Source: Paraspadella gotoi (lineage: Eukaryota; Animalia; Chaetognatha). From it: a DNA stretch of 64,000 bases. How positions within the stretch are numbered: the stretch's first letter is position 1; the number at the start of each line of letters is the position of its first letter. Location: NCBI GenBank assembly GCA_051294375.1, contig CM119265.1:4285025-4349024 (forward strand), given 5' to 3'. Of this stretch, positions 47,960 to 61,692 are shown in pieces. The position numbers were made by a program, and so were the translations under genes. The notes beneath the pieces were generated by a model. The model worked only from the letters and a program-made list of their open reading frames with translations. It did no database searches and had not been told where the DNA came from.

Positions 47960-50900
47960 AAAGATTTCTTTGACTTTAATTATCACGAGCAAAAGAATTA
48001 AAATAAAAATAAAAATATTCTAGAGTTTCAAAACTAACAGTCTAAAATGATTACGAGTAGCAGTGTGTAAGCAAAAGGAAAAAAAATACCTTGGTTATTT
48101 GCAATGCCTATGATACGATTTGAACTTCATTTTTAGTGGACAAGGAAAATAAAAAGGAAAGGCAAAGCATTGAAAGAAAGAGAGAGATAGGGAGAAATTT
48201 TCGAATAAAGAATTCTAAGTCTAAGACTAAGAAAGTATATATGGAATTTGAAGTGTCCCGCGAGAAAGAAAAGGCGAAAGGGGTCAGTCCCGAACTTTGG
48301 GGGAGAAAAGGAAAAAAAGAAATAAAAAAACGAGAAAAGATAAGGAAAAGAGAAAAAGAAAGAAAAAAAAAGAAAGAGCGAGGCATGAGACGAGATAAGG
48401 AGAACAGAAAAAAGGAAAGAAAGGGCCGCGGGTAAGAAAGGAAAGTAAAAAAAAATGAGGAAAGAGAGTGAGCGGTAAATAGAGAAGCAAGAGAGAAGGG
48501 AATAGCCAGAGGAGAGAGAGGAGAAAAAAAAAGAGAGGATAAGCGAAAAAGAAAATGAGTTTGAGTCAAAAAATGGTTCGTGGGTGAAAGAGTTAAGACG
48601 GAGAAAACTCACGCCGAAGAAAAAGCTGCTGTTGTAGCATCAATGTTATTGCGGACAAAGTGAAATATCTTTTAAATCGTAAGAACTGATCTCATACAAC
48701 AAGGAACAAGTGAGGCAATAGAGAGCAAAAGTGAAACTAATGCAACATCGGTGGCATCGACCGATTTCGGCAGCGGCAGAAGAAAAAAAAAACTAGGGCA
48801 ACTTGGAAAGTCAAGGCAGCAGCCGCCGCTGCGGAGACTGTTAGCGACGCGTCGCAGCATCTGGAAGAAACCGGAAGGGAAGATGGCGGCGGCGGTGGGG
48901 GGCAAGGGTCGCCGGGTTGGCGGCGCTGACGGTGGCGGTGGCGCGGCGATGGCGTGGCGGCGCTGGGAGCGGCGTAAAGTTAATTCCTTAGAGAGTAGTA
49001 AGTATTGAAGGAAGAGGTGGGAAGAAGATGTGGGAGCAATAAGAAAGTATAGTGAAGAGTAGAGAAAGCCGACTCAGGGAAATTGTAACACAAAAGAAGC
49101 AGGAAAGAAAGAGAAGAAAGCTTAACGTAAGATAAAGAGGAAGTAATAACGATCCGACCTTATCTAGCCCGATACTAAAATTAAATCATGATCCAGAGAG
49201 AACCTTCTTCAAAATGACGGAGTAAGGTTGCACTAACAGAAAAATTCGTGTCTCAGACACTCTGGCCCATGGTCCGTTGACAGAGATACAGTGAAAGTGA
49301 AACATTACGAAGTTATAATAAGTGATGTGACTCTTCGTATCGAAAAGAATTATCTAGATTGGTGCAGAATATGAGGAATGAAAAAAGAGATAGAGAAAGT
49401 GCAATTATAAAACAGGACAGTTGATCGAAGTGAATATAATGATAGAACTCTGCACTAATTATGGTAGGAAGTCGTATTTTAACTTATCAGTTATGTTAGA
49501 CATCTTTGACGTATAATGATTGAAGTTAGTTAAGATACAATGTTACGTCTGAATTCGATCCTTCGTACTCACCCACGACACTCGTAGGGAGAAGAGGATG
49601 AGGATGAGAGAGAGGAGATAGAGGAAGTGAGTTCTATATGGGAACTCTCAAGCTCGCCGCAATCGCAGCCAGATCCACCGGCAGCACAGGCGCGGCGGCG
49701 CGGGGTGCCGACCTGAAACTTACACTTCTGCAAACTAGTCCGGGCGCGCTTTTCGGCGCTCAACGGATCGGGAGAGTCTCTTTACATATACGGATGGTGT
49801 AAGTCCGGGCTTCTTCACGGATCGAAGTCGCAGCGGAGGACGGGCCGCTAAGGGAGGCCGAGGCGAGGAATTTCCTCACACTCGATCGTCTTATGGCATC
49901 ACAAGAAAGAGTCATAGAAAAACGAGCAATGAAACTCCGATGGATCGATATCATCTTGCGAGTAGCATACGAAACCATACAAAAACGCTCACCCGTCCAC
50001 CGGACTCTCACGACGACACATGCAGCACACTGCATCTCTCTCCTCGACTCGTCATCTCTCCTACTCTCTCTTTATGTTCTTCATATATTTCAATCGGCTC
50101 CTCCCGGTCGGTCGCTAAGTAGGTCAGGAAAATATCACTTCTCATCTCTTACTCTTTTTTCTTTACTGCTCACATCTCTCTTTTCTTCGCGCCCTTTGTT
50201 TAAATGCATTGGGTGATCTAAAAAATATAATTAAAAATTAAAAAATTGTAGAAGCTCATTCTGCTAGAAACACGAAGAAAACGCAACGACAGACGACGAC
50301 AACGGAGACAGCAAGATTCGAACTAAAGACACCATGCACAAATCGGTTTCAATACGAATCCAGCCCTTGGAACGCGTTAAGGTGGGTCAACCTATTTGAG
50401 GCACTTAACCAACTTGTGAACAAAAAGATTGACAATTGATAGTTCCTCGTGCCGCCTTTGGATATAGAATTTTCTTGTACCCGTTCAGATTGTTTATAAT
50501 AACCCGATCTGTGATTGGGAACTATTCTACTCGTCACGACGAAAACTGTTCTTGGCTGATCAATCGATGTATTCCGGAATCATTACACCTGATGATAGAA
50601 AATAAACGCAGAAAACTTTTTCTTAAATTTTCAAAACGATAGTAAAGTAGATCTAATCTCTAGCCAAGCTTAGTCGCCTCTCAAATGTCCAAAATCCTCC
50701 GAGGGGAAGAAAATTTATTCCAGAAATTTAAATCGTAAGCTGGCTTATACTACGAAAACCTGAGGATTGTGTCTCGAATTTTATGTTGTCGACATATTTT
50801 ATATCATAGAATTATTATATCGTACATCGCACGCTATTAGTCTTTATGTTAGTGATGAGATATAACGATAGAGAGTGGGACTCTTAGTTACAAATGAACT

Positions 50901-53419
50901 AGGGCCACCGATTCTATCGGTATATATCTTGAAGTGATAGGGTGAGCAGATCGCGCGGAGATCGCGGCAGATGCGGGTCATCATATATATTATGAGCTAA
51001 TATTTTTGAAATTCTGCTCCTATTTTAAAAATCAATGGTGCCTCCTTAACTTTTTATTACAAATGTTATTAATATCAAAATTTCAATTCTTCTTCACAGA
51101 ATGTAAACTCTCTGCATGCTGGGGTCAAAATGGATTCGTCTGCCACTCTATCTCTTGAGGACGAGACATTGTTCAAAAAGGAGCTGAGGTGAACATGAAC
51201 ATTTAGGGCGATGAGCGTGGCGTAATGTAGTATCGGAAGATAGATCTAAATATATAGTCGGTTCAGGGCTCGCCAGCTCTGGAGACGATGACGCGCGGAC
51301 CAGATTGATTCACTCAGTGTTATTATTTATGTAGACAGGGTTCACTGCGAAACTCGGACGAGCCTCTGCATGTGAGTCACGCGTATCTTCACTTATACCG
51401 AAGTTCAGATGAGAGCAGTACGGAGGGGATGCTCGTATTGATCATATAGAAATGAAGTCTGGTTTATTAAGAGAGATCAGAACTATGCAAGTCTTAGCGT
51501 GAGTCTAATGAAAAATTAGCAAAAATAATCTGTCTAGAGATCGTAGTTGAGAGAAGATGAGGTATAAGAAGAGGTTTCTATCCCATCGATTTTCTTACTC
51601 ACTTTAAAATTCCTAAAAAATACGATTTTTCAGTAGACAATGACCAGACGAGTGAGAGAATGTGATTTAATATCATGTAAAATAAAAAAAGTGCAATGCC
51701 TTTAGTTTTTTTTTATTTATTTAAGAGAGACTCAATAAGAAATTACCTCTTTTAATAGGCAGAGAAGGTAATCAGGGAGAGAGACCAAACCCAGCCAGAA
51801 ATTCTTTCCAGCCGAAGCTAAGGATCTGGAGGGGCAGGCCACTACAACGATCCAAAGAAGAGAGAAGAATAATGAAGAAAGGAGAAAAAGAGAAAAGGAA
51901 GAACCATGAAGCTTCAAGAAATGACACCAGAGGTGAATTTTTATGAAGAGATACGAAAAAAAGAGAGTTTATTAGATGCATGGAGTTGGTGGGAAGATTT
52001 CTTTCGACCTTATTAATTTGACGCTAGTAAATAGCTGCTGGCATAACATATGGAAATAGAATTACAAAAAAAAACCTATGTTATCAATTAAAATTTTTCT
52101 CAAAGAATCAATAGCTTCAGAAAAAATCATTTTTTTTGCAACTAGGAACCTTCTTATAGACATTCCAGTCCATAAATATATACTATCCAATTTTTAACGA
52201 GTAAAAGGGCATGGCTATAAGATGTAACCCAGGCAAACTAGGAAACAAAAATCACCCTTGGGTTAAATAGGAATTTCAAAGCGCACCTGCTCTCAATACA
52301 CGTCTAAGGGCACTAATATGTTAAAGCATTTTGGTTTTTTTTTTCCAAGCATCCACTGCCTTGCGCACTATTGTATAGAGGGTGACATATCTTAGTTAAA
52401 ATTGAACTTGTAAATTCCTCTCCACTTTCTATTTCTGTATAATGTGTTGTCGCATGAATGTCTGTTCGCCACAATGGAAATAAAAAGAGGAAACGGACCA
52501 CACACGCACTCCTCGACAATGATTAGGAGGCGAAGGATATGTCCTTGGCGCAAGAAATCCTGCTTTTGTATATAATAGTAAGATCTACTTCCTAAAGGTT
52601 TTCAGGTATTTTTGTTTTTTATTGGTTATTTGTGGTTTTGACTATAATCGTTATAGTACTAAGAAATGGCTTATATGTGCGTGACCCATCTCACTCCTTG
52701 AAGTAAGATTCACCGGGTTTCGGAGTAAATTGGAAAAGCTTAAAAGGATTGTTAGTAAAGAGCTGGAGTATACCGTTTTTTAATTTTTTTTCCCTTAATC
52801 TCCCCATAGTGAACCAAGTTTGGTAGCTTGGTATTGAATAAGGAAAACAAAGATTTTCTAAAATATCAGCATCATCATAAAAACACGCCTTTGAGGAATT
52901 TAATCATTTTTTCGAAAAAAAAAATAATTTGTTGATTTCATTTATAATATAAATATTTATAGCGCGTTTTTAAAAAAAACCGCTCGTTTTTTTTTTTCCC
53001 ACCATTCCCAAATACAATAATATTACCACACGCGTGACCGAGAAAAGATAGGAACCAGAGAATCAAAAGATAATGAATTGGTTATTCGAGGAGGAAAAAG
53101 AAGAAAAAAAAAAAGAAAAGACCAGGCATTATTCCACTCCATTCATCCATTGAAGGCGATTGAGATGAATGTGTGAGGCTGAGTGCCAGGATCGCATGTG
53201 ATGATCTTCGCGATATAGTACGCGCCAGCGGATACCGTCGATCAACGCTACGGGCACAATTATTATTATATGTAGTGATGGAACGGCACGGGATTACCGA
53301 GTCATGGCTCCCACGGAGTCGAATTACTATGACTAAAAAAATAGCAAGAAACCATAGCAATCAATCCTAATTGGAATAGGGGTTCACAGCGAGAGCTAGT
53401 AAGAATGATCAGGGAAGTA

Positions 53420-54690
53420 AACCGAAAAAAATGAGGAAGGCAAAGAGTGCGACGACCGGTAAAATATGACCCCTATTACGGCCACCATTACGGCAGAGAG
53501 AGAAGGGAATAGCCAGATCGGAGAGAGAGGAGAAAAAAAAGAGAGGAATAATTGCGAAAAATCAAGAAAAATGAGTTTGAGTCTCAAAATTATATGGTTT
53601 TCGCGGTGTGGACTACATGGGTGAAAGAGTTAAGACGGTCATCATCCACCGAGAAAACTCTACCGACCTCAACAATCGTCGAGAATCGAATTAAAGCAGA
53701 GCTCAAATCTGTTTGTATCGCATCAATCTAGTTTGCTAAACCATTTTATTGTGATAAGGGCGAAAACAGCATTGATAAACCCTGTTTCCAAACAAGTGAA
53801 ACAAATAAGAAACTGCCCTACCTTAGATCAATTCGTAAGTACAAACTTTCTGGAACGCAATTCGACTCTATGACTCGGTTATACTTCGATGACATAAGGA
53901 TCAATCTCACTATGTTGGAGGTCATATATTACATCCAAAGAAGCATCAAAACATTGTGTCATAGGTTATCTGGGTTCGATTCCGAACAATAGGAACCTTC
54001 CAAGACGACAAGGGCAATAATTATGGACAGAACTTGCGGTGGGTCTAAACAGAAAAATCTTAATCGCATTTCTTTCGACATCTAAGGCGCTAGAGACTAG
54101 ATTAGCAAGTATCACTACTCTACTGGTGAGCGTTCACTAGATTAGTGGCATCGCACCATTGAAACTGGGTGCCTCGCTGGTGTATAGATACAAACTTACC
54201 GGAAATATAGAAATCAATTTGGGTATGTTATGTAGGCACACACATGGATGTTTACGAAGATCCATCAGGAAGAGACGGAGATGGAAAATGGTAAATAAAA
54301 TATCTTTCTATATCTATTTTTGTTTTTTTTTTTGCTAGGAGGCTTTATGAGCAACTCATGGAAAAGTTTTGGTGAATAACACGCCTTCAATGTCGGCTAG
54401 CAATGTGCCCCTCGGCTTGTGCCGTCTTTCCGGGTGTGTGAGGTAGATACTGTTACGCCCTATTTTTGCGCGGCTACACCTTATATTTTTCTCCGACGCG
54501 CGTCGGATACGGGCAGACTATTGTAGAGAAACAACTGTACAGGTCGGAAGGCGGAGGCTGGCGGAGCGGGACTGTGTGGGGACAAGAGGGATCGCCAAGA
54601 GGAGTAAATTTGGCGGCGGCTAGCACTGTGGCGGTGAGCGCGGACATATGATACGTGGCGGGCGCTGGGAGGGCGAGCGGTTGTGTACGT
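53420..54690 (+). repeat. Insertion-expanded noisy copy of about 48450-48980
   Basis: Shared words (gaagggaatagccaga, gaaaatgagtttgagtc, gggtgaaagagttaagacgg, gcgctgggag) occur in order, separated by extra bases. Confidence 0.75.
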
Positions 54691-56589
54691 CGGCGTCTTC
54701 TTTCAGATTTATTTGGTTTTGGGCTTTTTTATTTTTTCTCTCTCTCCGCCGGAGATTAAGATCGGGACGAGGAGGAACCCTTGAGGCAGTGGAAAGGGGG
54801 GTCGGGGTGTCCAGCAGAGATGGGGAGGGGGAGGCGAGATGAAGATATGGAAGGATTGAGAATCATGGGGTAAGGAGGAGAGGTTTAATGGAGAGAGGAA
54901 GTGTAAGGACTTGGGAGGGAGGAAAGATGGAAGAGAAGAGGATAGCAGAAAGAGTCCACGAAAGGGGAGGTAGGAAATGAAAATTTAAAAAGGGTTAGGA
55001 GAAAAAGGGAAATTAAAAGCCAAGAAGGTAATTAATAATATTAAAAGAAATATGTCAAAGACATCAAAATTAAAAGGGTTNNNNNNNNNNNNNNNNNNNN
55101 NNNNNTGCAGAAGAATTCGGCAGTCGATGAAGGAAATTAGATTAAGTTTTATGGAGGAAAGAAATTATCTTCGCGCATCGGAAAGTTTGAAAGAGGGAAG
55201 AGTTAAAAACGGCTCAAGTCAGAAACGTTCCTCTTTAAACTTTAATAAGACTCACTAATATTTAGGGAAAACATAAAGAAAGGGCCGACGAAATGAAGAG
55301 AAGGAAAAACACGGAGGAAGGAAAGGAAGGAAAAAAAAGAAGAAAAAGAGGAAAGAAAAAAAACAAAACTTTGGAACGAATTGAAATTTGGCAACCTTTA
55401 GTACGAAAAAAAAATGTTCAGAAAATATAAAATGATGAAAAAGAAAAAATGAAGGCAAGAGGGAAAAGGAAAAAAGGAGAAAAAAAAGGAGGAAAAAAAA
55501 TAAGAAAAAATAGCAACAAAATAAACACTCTAGATGAAATCNNNNNNNNNNNNNNNNNNNNNNNNNNNNNNNNNNNNNNNNNNNNNNNNNNNNNNNNNNN
55601 NNNNNNNNNNNNNNNNNNNNNNNNNNNNNNNNNNNNNNNNNNNNNNNNNNNNNNNNNNNNNNNNNNNNNNNNNNNNNNNNNNNNNNNNNNNNNNNNNNNN
55701 NNNNNNNNNNNNNNNNNNNNNNNNNNNNNNNNNNNNNNNNNNNNNNNNNNNNNNNNNNNNNNNNNNNNNNNNNNNNNNNNNNNNNNNNNNNNNNNNNNNN
55801 NNNNNNNNNNNNNNNNNNNNNNNNNNNNNNNNNNNNNNNNNNNNNNNNNNNNNNNNNNNNNNNNNNNNNNNNNNNNNNNNNNNNNNNNNNNNNNNNNNNN
55901 NNNNNNNNNNTTTTACGAGGCTAATTTATCTTCCGCTTCCCCATAGTCGCGTATATGATCTCTGTAAAGTATAATTCCGTCAATGGAACGCAAGGAGTCA
56001 CAAACAAAAAGGCTACCGTTCTCTCTCTCTTCTTTTATTTTCTCTCTCTTCTTTTATTTCTACTCTGTCAGTCTCGCACACGTTTCCAAAAACTCACTCC
56101 AACGCAACTCGCACATTCGCTCGCCACCGGAAATGGGTCGTTCACCGCCCACCTTCACAATAATTCACGCCTATACTTCTACCTCGCGCGGCGTGAGCCT
56201 CACGGCGTCCGCCATTCGCTAATGGTTTATCGCAGATTTTTATCCTCAAATCGAATTGATATCGTTTTATCGCTCGTATCGCTTTTCAGATCCCCAATCC
56301 TTAATCAGCCAAACCCCGCCGCGGGTTACGACGGCCAATCATTCGGAAGCGTTATCAACTATGGAATATTAGAAATCCGCCGCTGGCGGAAGGGAAATGT
56401 GGAGACATCTCGGGGAGAAGAAGGAAGTTGGATAGAGGAGATACGCCCCGGAAAGATACGTATGACGTAAGCGTCAATAAAGTAAATAAACATTTATATT
56501 ATTGTGTAATCTTTTCGTTTCGTTGCTTTAGGAATTTGCAGGAATAAGTTTGATTGTTTGTGACAACGATTTATTTATTTCAGTTTAGA

Positions 56590-56632
56590 AACGGACATGT
56601 TTCGGCTTTGATTACAAGCCTTCATCAGCGTT
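56590..56632 (-). ncRNA. Minimal type I hammerhead ribozyme (Penelope-like element class)
   Basis: The minus strand reads AACG-CUGAUGA-A-GGCUU(GUAAUCA)AAGCC-GAAA-CAUGUC-CGUU: intact core, stem I AACG/CGUU, 5-bp stem II, palindromic ACAUGU stem III, GUC cleavage triplet. Confidence 0.82.
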
Positions 56633-59600
56633 GACAGATTTGTGAATTATGTTATATTAAAAAATATCGTATTTTTTCTTGTCGTCAAATGTTCAATTAC
56701 AAAGAAAGCTCTAATAATTAAAGATATAATTTAGAAGTGCCGAGAGGAAAAAATGAAAAAATATGGAAAATTCAAGAAAAGTTATTAAAGTTTCGAGAAT
56801 TTTAACCAAAAAGAAAACAGGAATAAAACCCGTCTGAAAGAAAGAGGAAATAAGAAAAACATCGTTAAATTGATTTTCCCATCATTCCTAAANNNNNNNN
56901 NNNNNNNNNNNNNNNNNNNNNNNNNNNNNNNNNNNNNNNNNNNNNNNNNNNNNNNNNNNNNNNNNNNNNNNNNNNNNNNNNNNNNNNNNNNNNNNNNNNN
57001 NNNNNNNNNNNNNNNNNNNNNNNNNNNNNNNNNNNNNNNNNNNNNNNNNNNNNNNNNNNNNNNNNNNNNNNNNNNNNNNNNNNNNNNNNNNNNNNNNNNN
57101 NNNNNNNNNNNNNNNNNNNNNNNNNNNNNNNNNNNNNNNNNNNNNNNNNNNNNNNNNNNNNNNNNNNNNNNNNNNNNNNNNNNNNNNNNNNNNNNNNNNN
57201 NNNNNNNNNNNNNNNNNNNNNNNNNNNNNNNNNNNNNNNNNNNNNNNNNNNNNNNNNNNNNNNNNNNNNNNNNNNNNNNNNNNNNNNNNNNNNNNNNNNN
57301 NNNNNNNNNNNNNNNNNNNNNNNNNNNNNNNNNNNNNNNNNNNNNNNNNNNNNNNNNNNNNNNNNNNNNNNNNNNNNNNNNNNNNNNNNNNNNNNNNNNN
57401 NNNNNNNNNNNNNNNNNNNNNNNNNNNNNNNNNNNNNNNNNNNNNNNNNNNNNNNNNNNNNNNNNNNNNNNNNNNNNNNNNNNNNNNNNNNNNNNNNNNN
57501 NNNNNNNNNNNNNNNNNNNNNNNNNNNNNNNNNNNNNNNNNNNNNNNNNNNNNNNNNNNNNNNNNNNNNNNNNNNNNNNNNNNNNNNNNNNNNNNNNNNN
57601 NNNNNNNNNNNNNNNNNNNNNNNNNNNNNNNNNNNNNNNNNNNNNNNNNNNNNNNNNNNNNNNNNNNNNNNNNNNNNNNNNNNNNNNNNNNNNNNNNNNN
57701 NNNNNNNNNNNNNNNNNNNNNNNNNNNNNNNNNNNNNNNNNNGGGGGCACCGTGGCGCCACGAGAGCGACGAGGGAGGGGCAAATGCTGCCTCGTTCTGC
57801 GGCGATGGGACTGTTTACTCACCGCGGAGGAATACCACCGCGGAGGGATACGACCGCTTCGCCGCTTCCCATCTGCGAGTCGGACTCGTTCGCCATGAAA
57901 ATAAAATTGAAAGATAAAACTGTTTAAATCGCTTTAAAAATTTTTTTTTAAATATTAAATTGAAAATTAGACCTTTTTTTGAATTGCTTTGAAAAGTTTA
58001 CTCCTGTGCAAAGAATAGAAAACAGAAGAAAGAAAATGGTGGACTCTTGATATCATTTCATTTCGAAGTAACGTGTAAAGTTCATTTTGATTTCTCTTTC
58101 TATAATTGATTCTGAAAAAAATCGAGCGAATTCAAATTCTTGCGCTCAAATGTCAAATTTAAACTGATAGCATCGAGATTTTCTTTTCTATCAATTTTTT
58201 TCGCTATACATGCGACGTCAAAGAGAGAAAGGGAGGAAAAGCGAGAGAGAAAGAGAGAAAGAAGAGAGAGACGGAGAGAAAAAGAAAGCAAGATGGCGGA
58301 ATGGCTGGAGGCAATTTCACTTGAGAAAGAACATATTCGGGCATCATTAATCATGCTCCCTTTTGGAACAAAAGACTAAAAATACAAAGTATTAGGGGAG
58401 AGAGAGCAAGAGAGAGAGAGCCAGAGAGAAAGAAAGAGAGCGAGAGAGAGAGAGAGAGCGAGAGAGAGAGAGAGACGAACGACGCGCCGGCTTCCTCTTT
58501 ATCCGTTGTTCCTCTGTTTGCGATTTCGTTGATGGCTCTGAGGTGGCGCTGGTGGCGGAAGCAGGTGGCGCCTCGGTTTCGTAATCACCGACGACAAAGA
58601 GGACGACGACGTCGACGACGACGACGACAACGACGACAACGACACCGACAGTGACAATCAAGACGTACGACGACGATAAATAAGGGGAATCGTAATCAGC
58701 TCTGAAGGTGAAAAAAAGGGAGCAACTAACACTTTGTGACATTTGAGTCTAATTGATGGAAATTGTGTTGATCTCAGTTGATTTCAAAAAGTGGAACTCA
58801 TATAAATCCTTCAATATTCAGAGGAATTAGATTATAGCTAGATTAATCACGGGAATGATTGGCTCAAGCACTTTTGAAGTTTGAAAAAAAAAATGAAGAA
58901 AAATCATTCATTATTCACAGAAAGAGAGAAATCGCCAGAGAGCTGTCCGCGTCTCTCACGGTCTCACTGATCTTTAAATAGCCTCAATTGATTCTCATTA
59001 CTCCACCTTTTAAACTTGATTTGGTTTCACTTGTGAAACCAAGTTTCAACTCACGTCGTCGCTGACAATAATGAGTTTCTTCACAACTCTTCTCCTCAAC
59101 GAGGCCTTCAAGGTCCTTTCCTCCTCCAACTCTCGCCACAGAAAAACCCGACGGTCGACGGAAGAAAGATGCGACGCAAAAAGAAATGGCACGGAAAAGA
59201 AAAAAAGAAAAGAAAATAAAGGAATGGGACGGAAACGAGTCAAATGAATACAAAAAGAGAGAGTTGTAACGGAGTGAGCGAAAAGAAAGGGGGGGGAAAA
59301 AGAGATTTTTAGATTGAAATTAAAAATTAATCCGGTCCAATCATAAAGAATTCACGATTCTCCCCCAGAAAGCGTCGGTCGCCGACGACGACGATAACGA
59401 CGAAGGACGAAGACGACGACGTCGACGACGTCTTGATATTCGATTCCCGAAAATGGGTTCTGGGGAATGGTAATTTCTTTTTTATGCTTTCGGGATGAAA
59501 ATTAAGGCTGGATGACGGCAAAGAACGCAATGACGATCAACCAGAGAACGTCGACGACACCGAAGAGAAAGGGAAACTGAAGGAAGATATATATAAGTTT

Positions 59601-59967
59601 GTAAAGTAATTGACTAAAATGCGACTGATAATAACAAAAACAAAATTCTGAGAAATGAGCCAAAAACAATTAATGCTATTTTCTACGACGACGAAGACGA
59701 CGAGGAAAACGACGACGACGACGAAGAAGACGATGCCAATGAAGAGACGAAAACGATGAAGNNNNNNNNNNNNNNNNNNNNNNNNNNNNNNNNNNNNNNN
59801 NNNNNNNNNNNNNNNNNNNNNNNNNNNNNNNNNNNNNNNNNNNNNNNNNNNNNNNNNNNNNNNNNNNNNNNNNNNNNNNNNNNNNNNNNNNNNNNNNNNN
59901 NNNNNNNNNNNNNNNNNNNNNNNNNNNNNNNNNNNNNNNNNNNNNNNNNNNNNNNNNNNNNNNNNNN

Positions 59968-60001
<34 letters not shown>

Positions 60002-60282
60002 CCAAAAAGCCGTTAGAGATATCACGCGCACTTCTCCCTCTTTTCGACGAGAGAGGCTCTAATATTTCTGGCGCGGCTTTCAAATGATCGCGCCATTCGC
60101 TCTCGCTGCTCTTTTTCATCCTTCGAAGGTTCAATGACGCTTAGGGTCGCCTTTTTTTTGGCTTCTTTTATCCATTTCGAAGACGGAACACTAGTTCCAA
60201 ATCGTTTAAACGTTGTGGCACTTTTAAATGTTTCTATATCAACCAATCACACCGCTTCCTAGGTTCACTGGGTTCTTCGGCA

Positions 60283-60390
60283 CGTCGGTCCGTCGGTCGG
60301 TACGTCGGTCGGTCCGTCGGTCGGTCCGTCGGTCGGTCCGTCGGTCGGTCCGTCGGTCGGTACGTCGGTCGGTCCGTCGGTCGGTCCGTC
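60283..60390. repeat. 12-bp tandem repeat CGTCGGTCGGT(C/A), about 9 units
   Basis: Directly visible. Confidence 0.92.
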
Positions 60391-60520
60391 TGCTTCGTTT
60401 CGACCGCAATCTCTCCGTCCTCCTTAAATCTCACTTAGTCCCATGGAACGACCTCGCTCTTTGGCGGAATGGAAAAGCTTAAAGGCAACGTCGCTCCATT
60501 GCTTTGTCGCCTCTTGAATA

Positions 60521-60675
60521 ATCTCATCTCATCTCATCTCATCTCATCTCATCCTCAATCTTATTTCATCTTATCTCATCTCAAATTCCATTCCATTCCA
60601 TTTTGTATTCTCTCGTGTCATTTTAACTTATCTCATCTCATCTTTACGATGCTCTCGTGTTTGCATTTGCATGAC

Positions 60676-60713
<38 letters not shown>
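60521..60713. repeat. (ATCTC)n followed by (CAT)n microsatellites running into a gap
   Basis: Directly visible. Confidence 0.9.
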
Positions 60714-61592
60714 NNNNNNNNNNNNNNNNNNNNNNNNNNNNNNNNNNNNNNNNNNNNNNNNNNNNNNNNNNNNNNNNNNNNNNNNNNNNNNNNNNNNNNN
60801 NNNNNNNNNNNNNNNNNNNNNNNNNNNNNNNNNNNNNNNNNNNNNNNNNNNNNNNNNNNNNNNNNNNNNNNNNNNNNNNNNNNNNNNNNNNNNNNNNNNN
60901 NNNNNNNNNNNNNNNNNNNNNNNNNNNNNNNNNNNNNNNNNNNNNNNNNNNNNNNNNNNNNNNNNNNNNNNNNNNNNNNNNNNNNNNNNNNNNNNNNNNN
61001 NNNNNNNNNNNNNNNNNNNNNNNNNNNNNNNNNNNNNNNNNNNNNNNNNNNNNNNNNNNNNNNNNNNNNNNNNNNNNNNNNNNNNNNNNNNNNNNNNNNN
61101 NNNNNNNNNNNNNNNNNNNNNNNNNNNNNNNNNNNNNNNNNNNNNNNNNNNNNNNNNNNNNNNNNNNNNNNNNNNNNNNNNNCTTACGATTAAAATATTT
61201 TAAGTTTTCCCTTAAAAATTGGTTTTTTCTTCAGTGTGAGCATCATAGTTTTTCTCGCATTTCATTTCATGGTTTTCTTTTCTCAATTCTTTTACATAAT
61301 CTTGGGCTAATGTAAACTTAACTCCCAAGATTTCTCTCTTACAAATGACCTTATCCAAATTTAGATCTAAAACGGCCATTTTTCCTTTCTCCTTTTTTTT
61401 CTAAACTGTGACTAACCTCATTCACTTTTCTTCGGTGACTCCAATTCGACTCCATCTTCACAAATCACCACATCACTTACCTGCCCTTTCACTCACATAA
61501 TTTTTTTCCGGCCACTTTCCTTCTCTCTCTCTTTTCTTCCGGCATGATTCCAATTTCATCTTCGCAAATCTGCGGAAAACTCTATCTTTTCT

Positions 61593-61599
61593 TTTCTTT

Positions 61600-61691
<92 letters not shown>

Positions 61692-61692
61692 T
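61593..61692. repeat. (CTTT)n microsatellite
   Basis: Directly visible. Confidence 0.95.
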
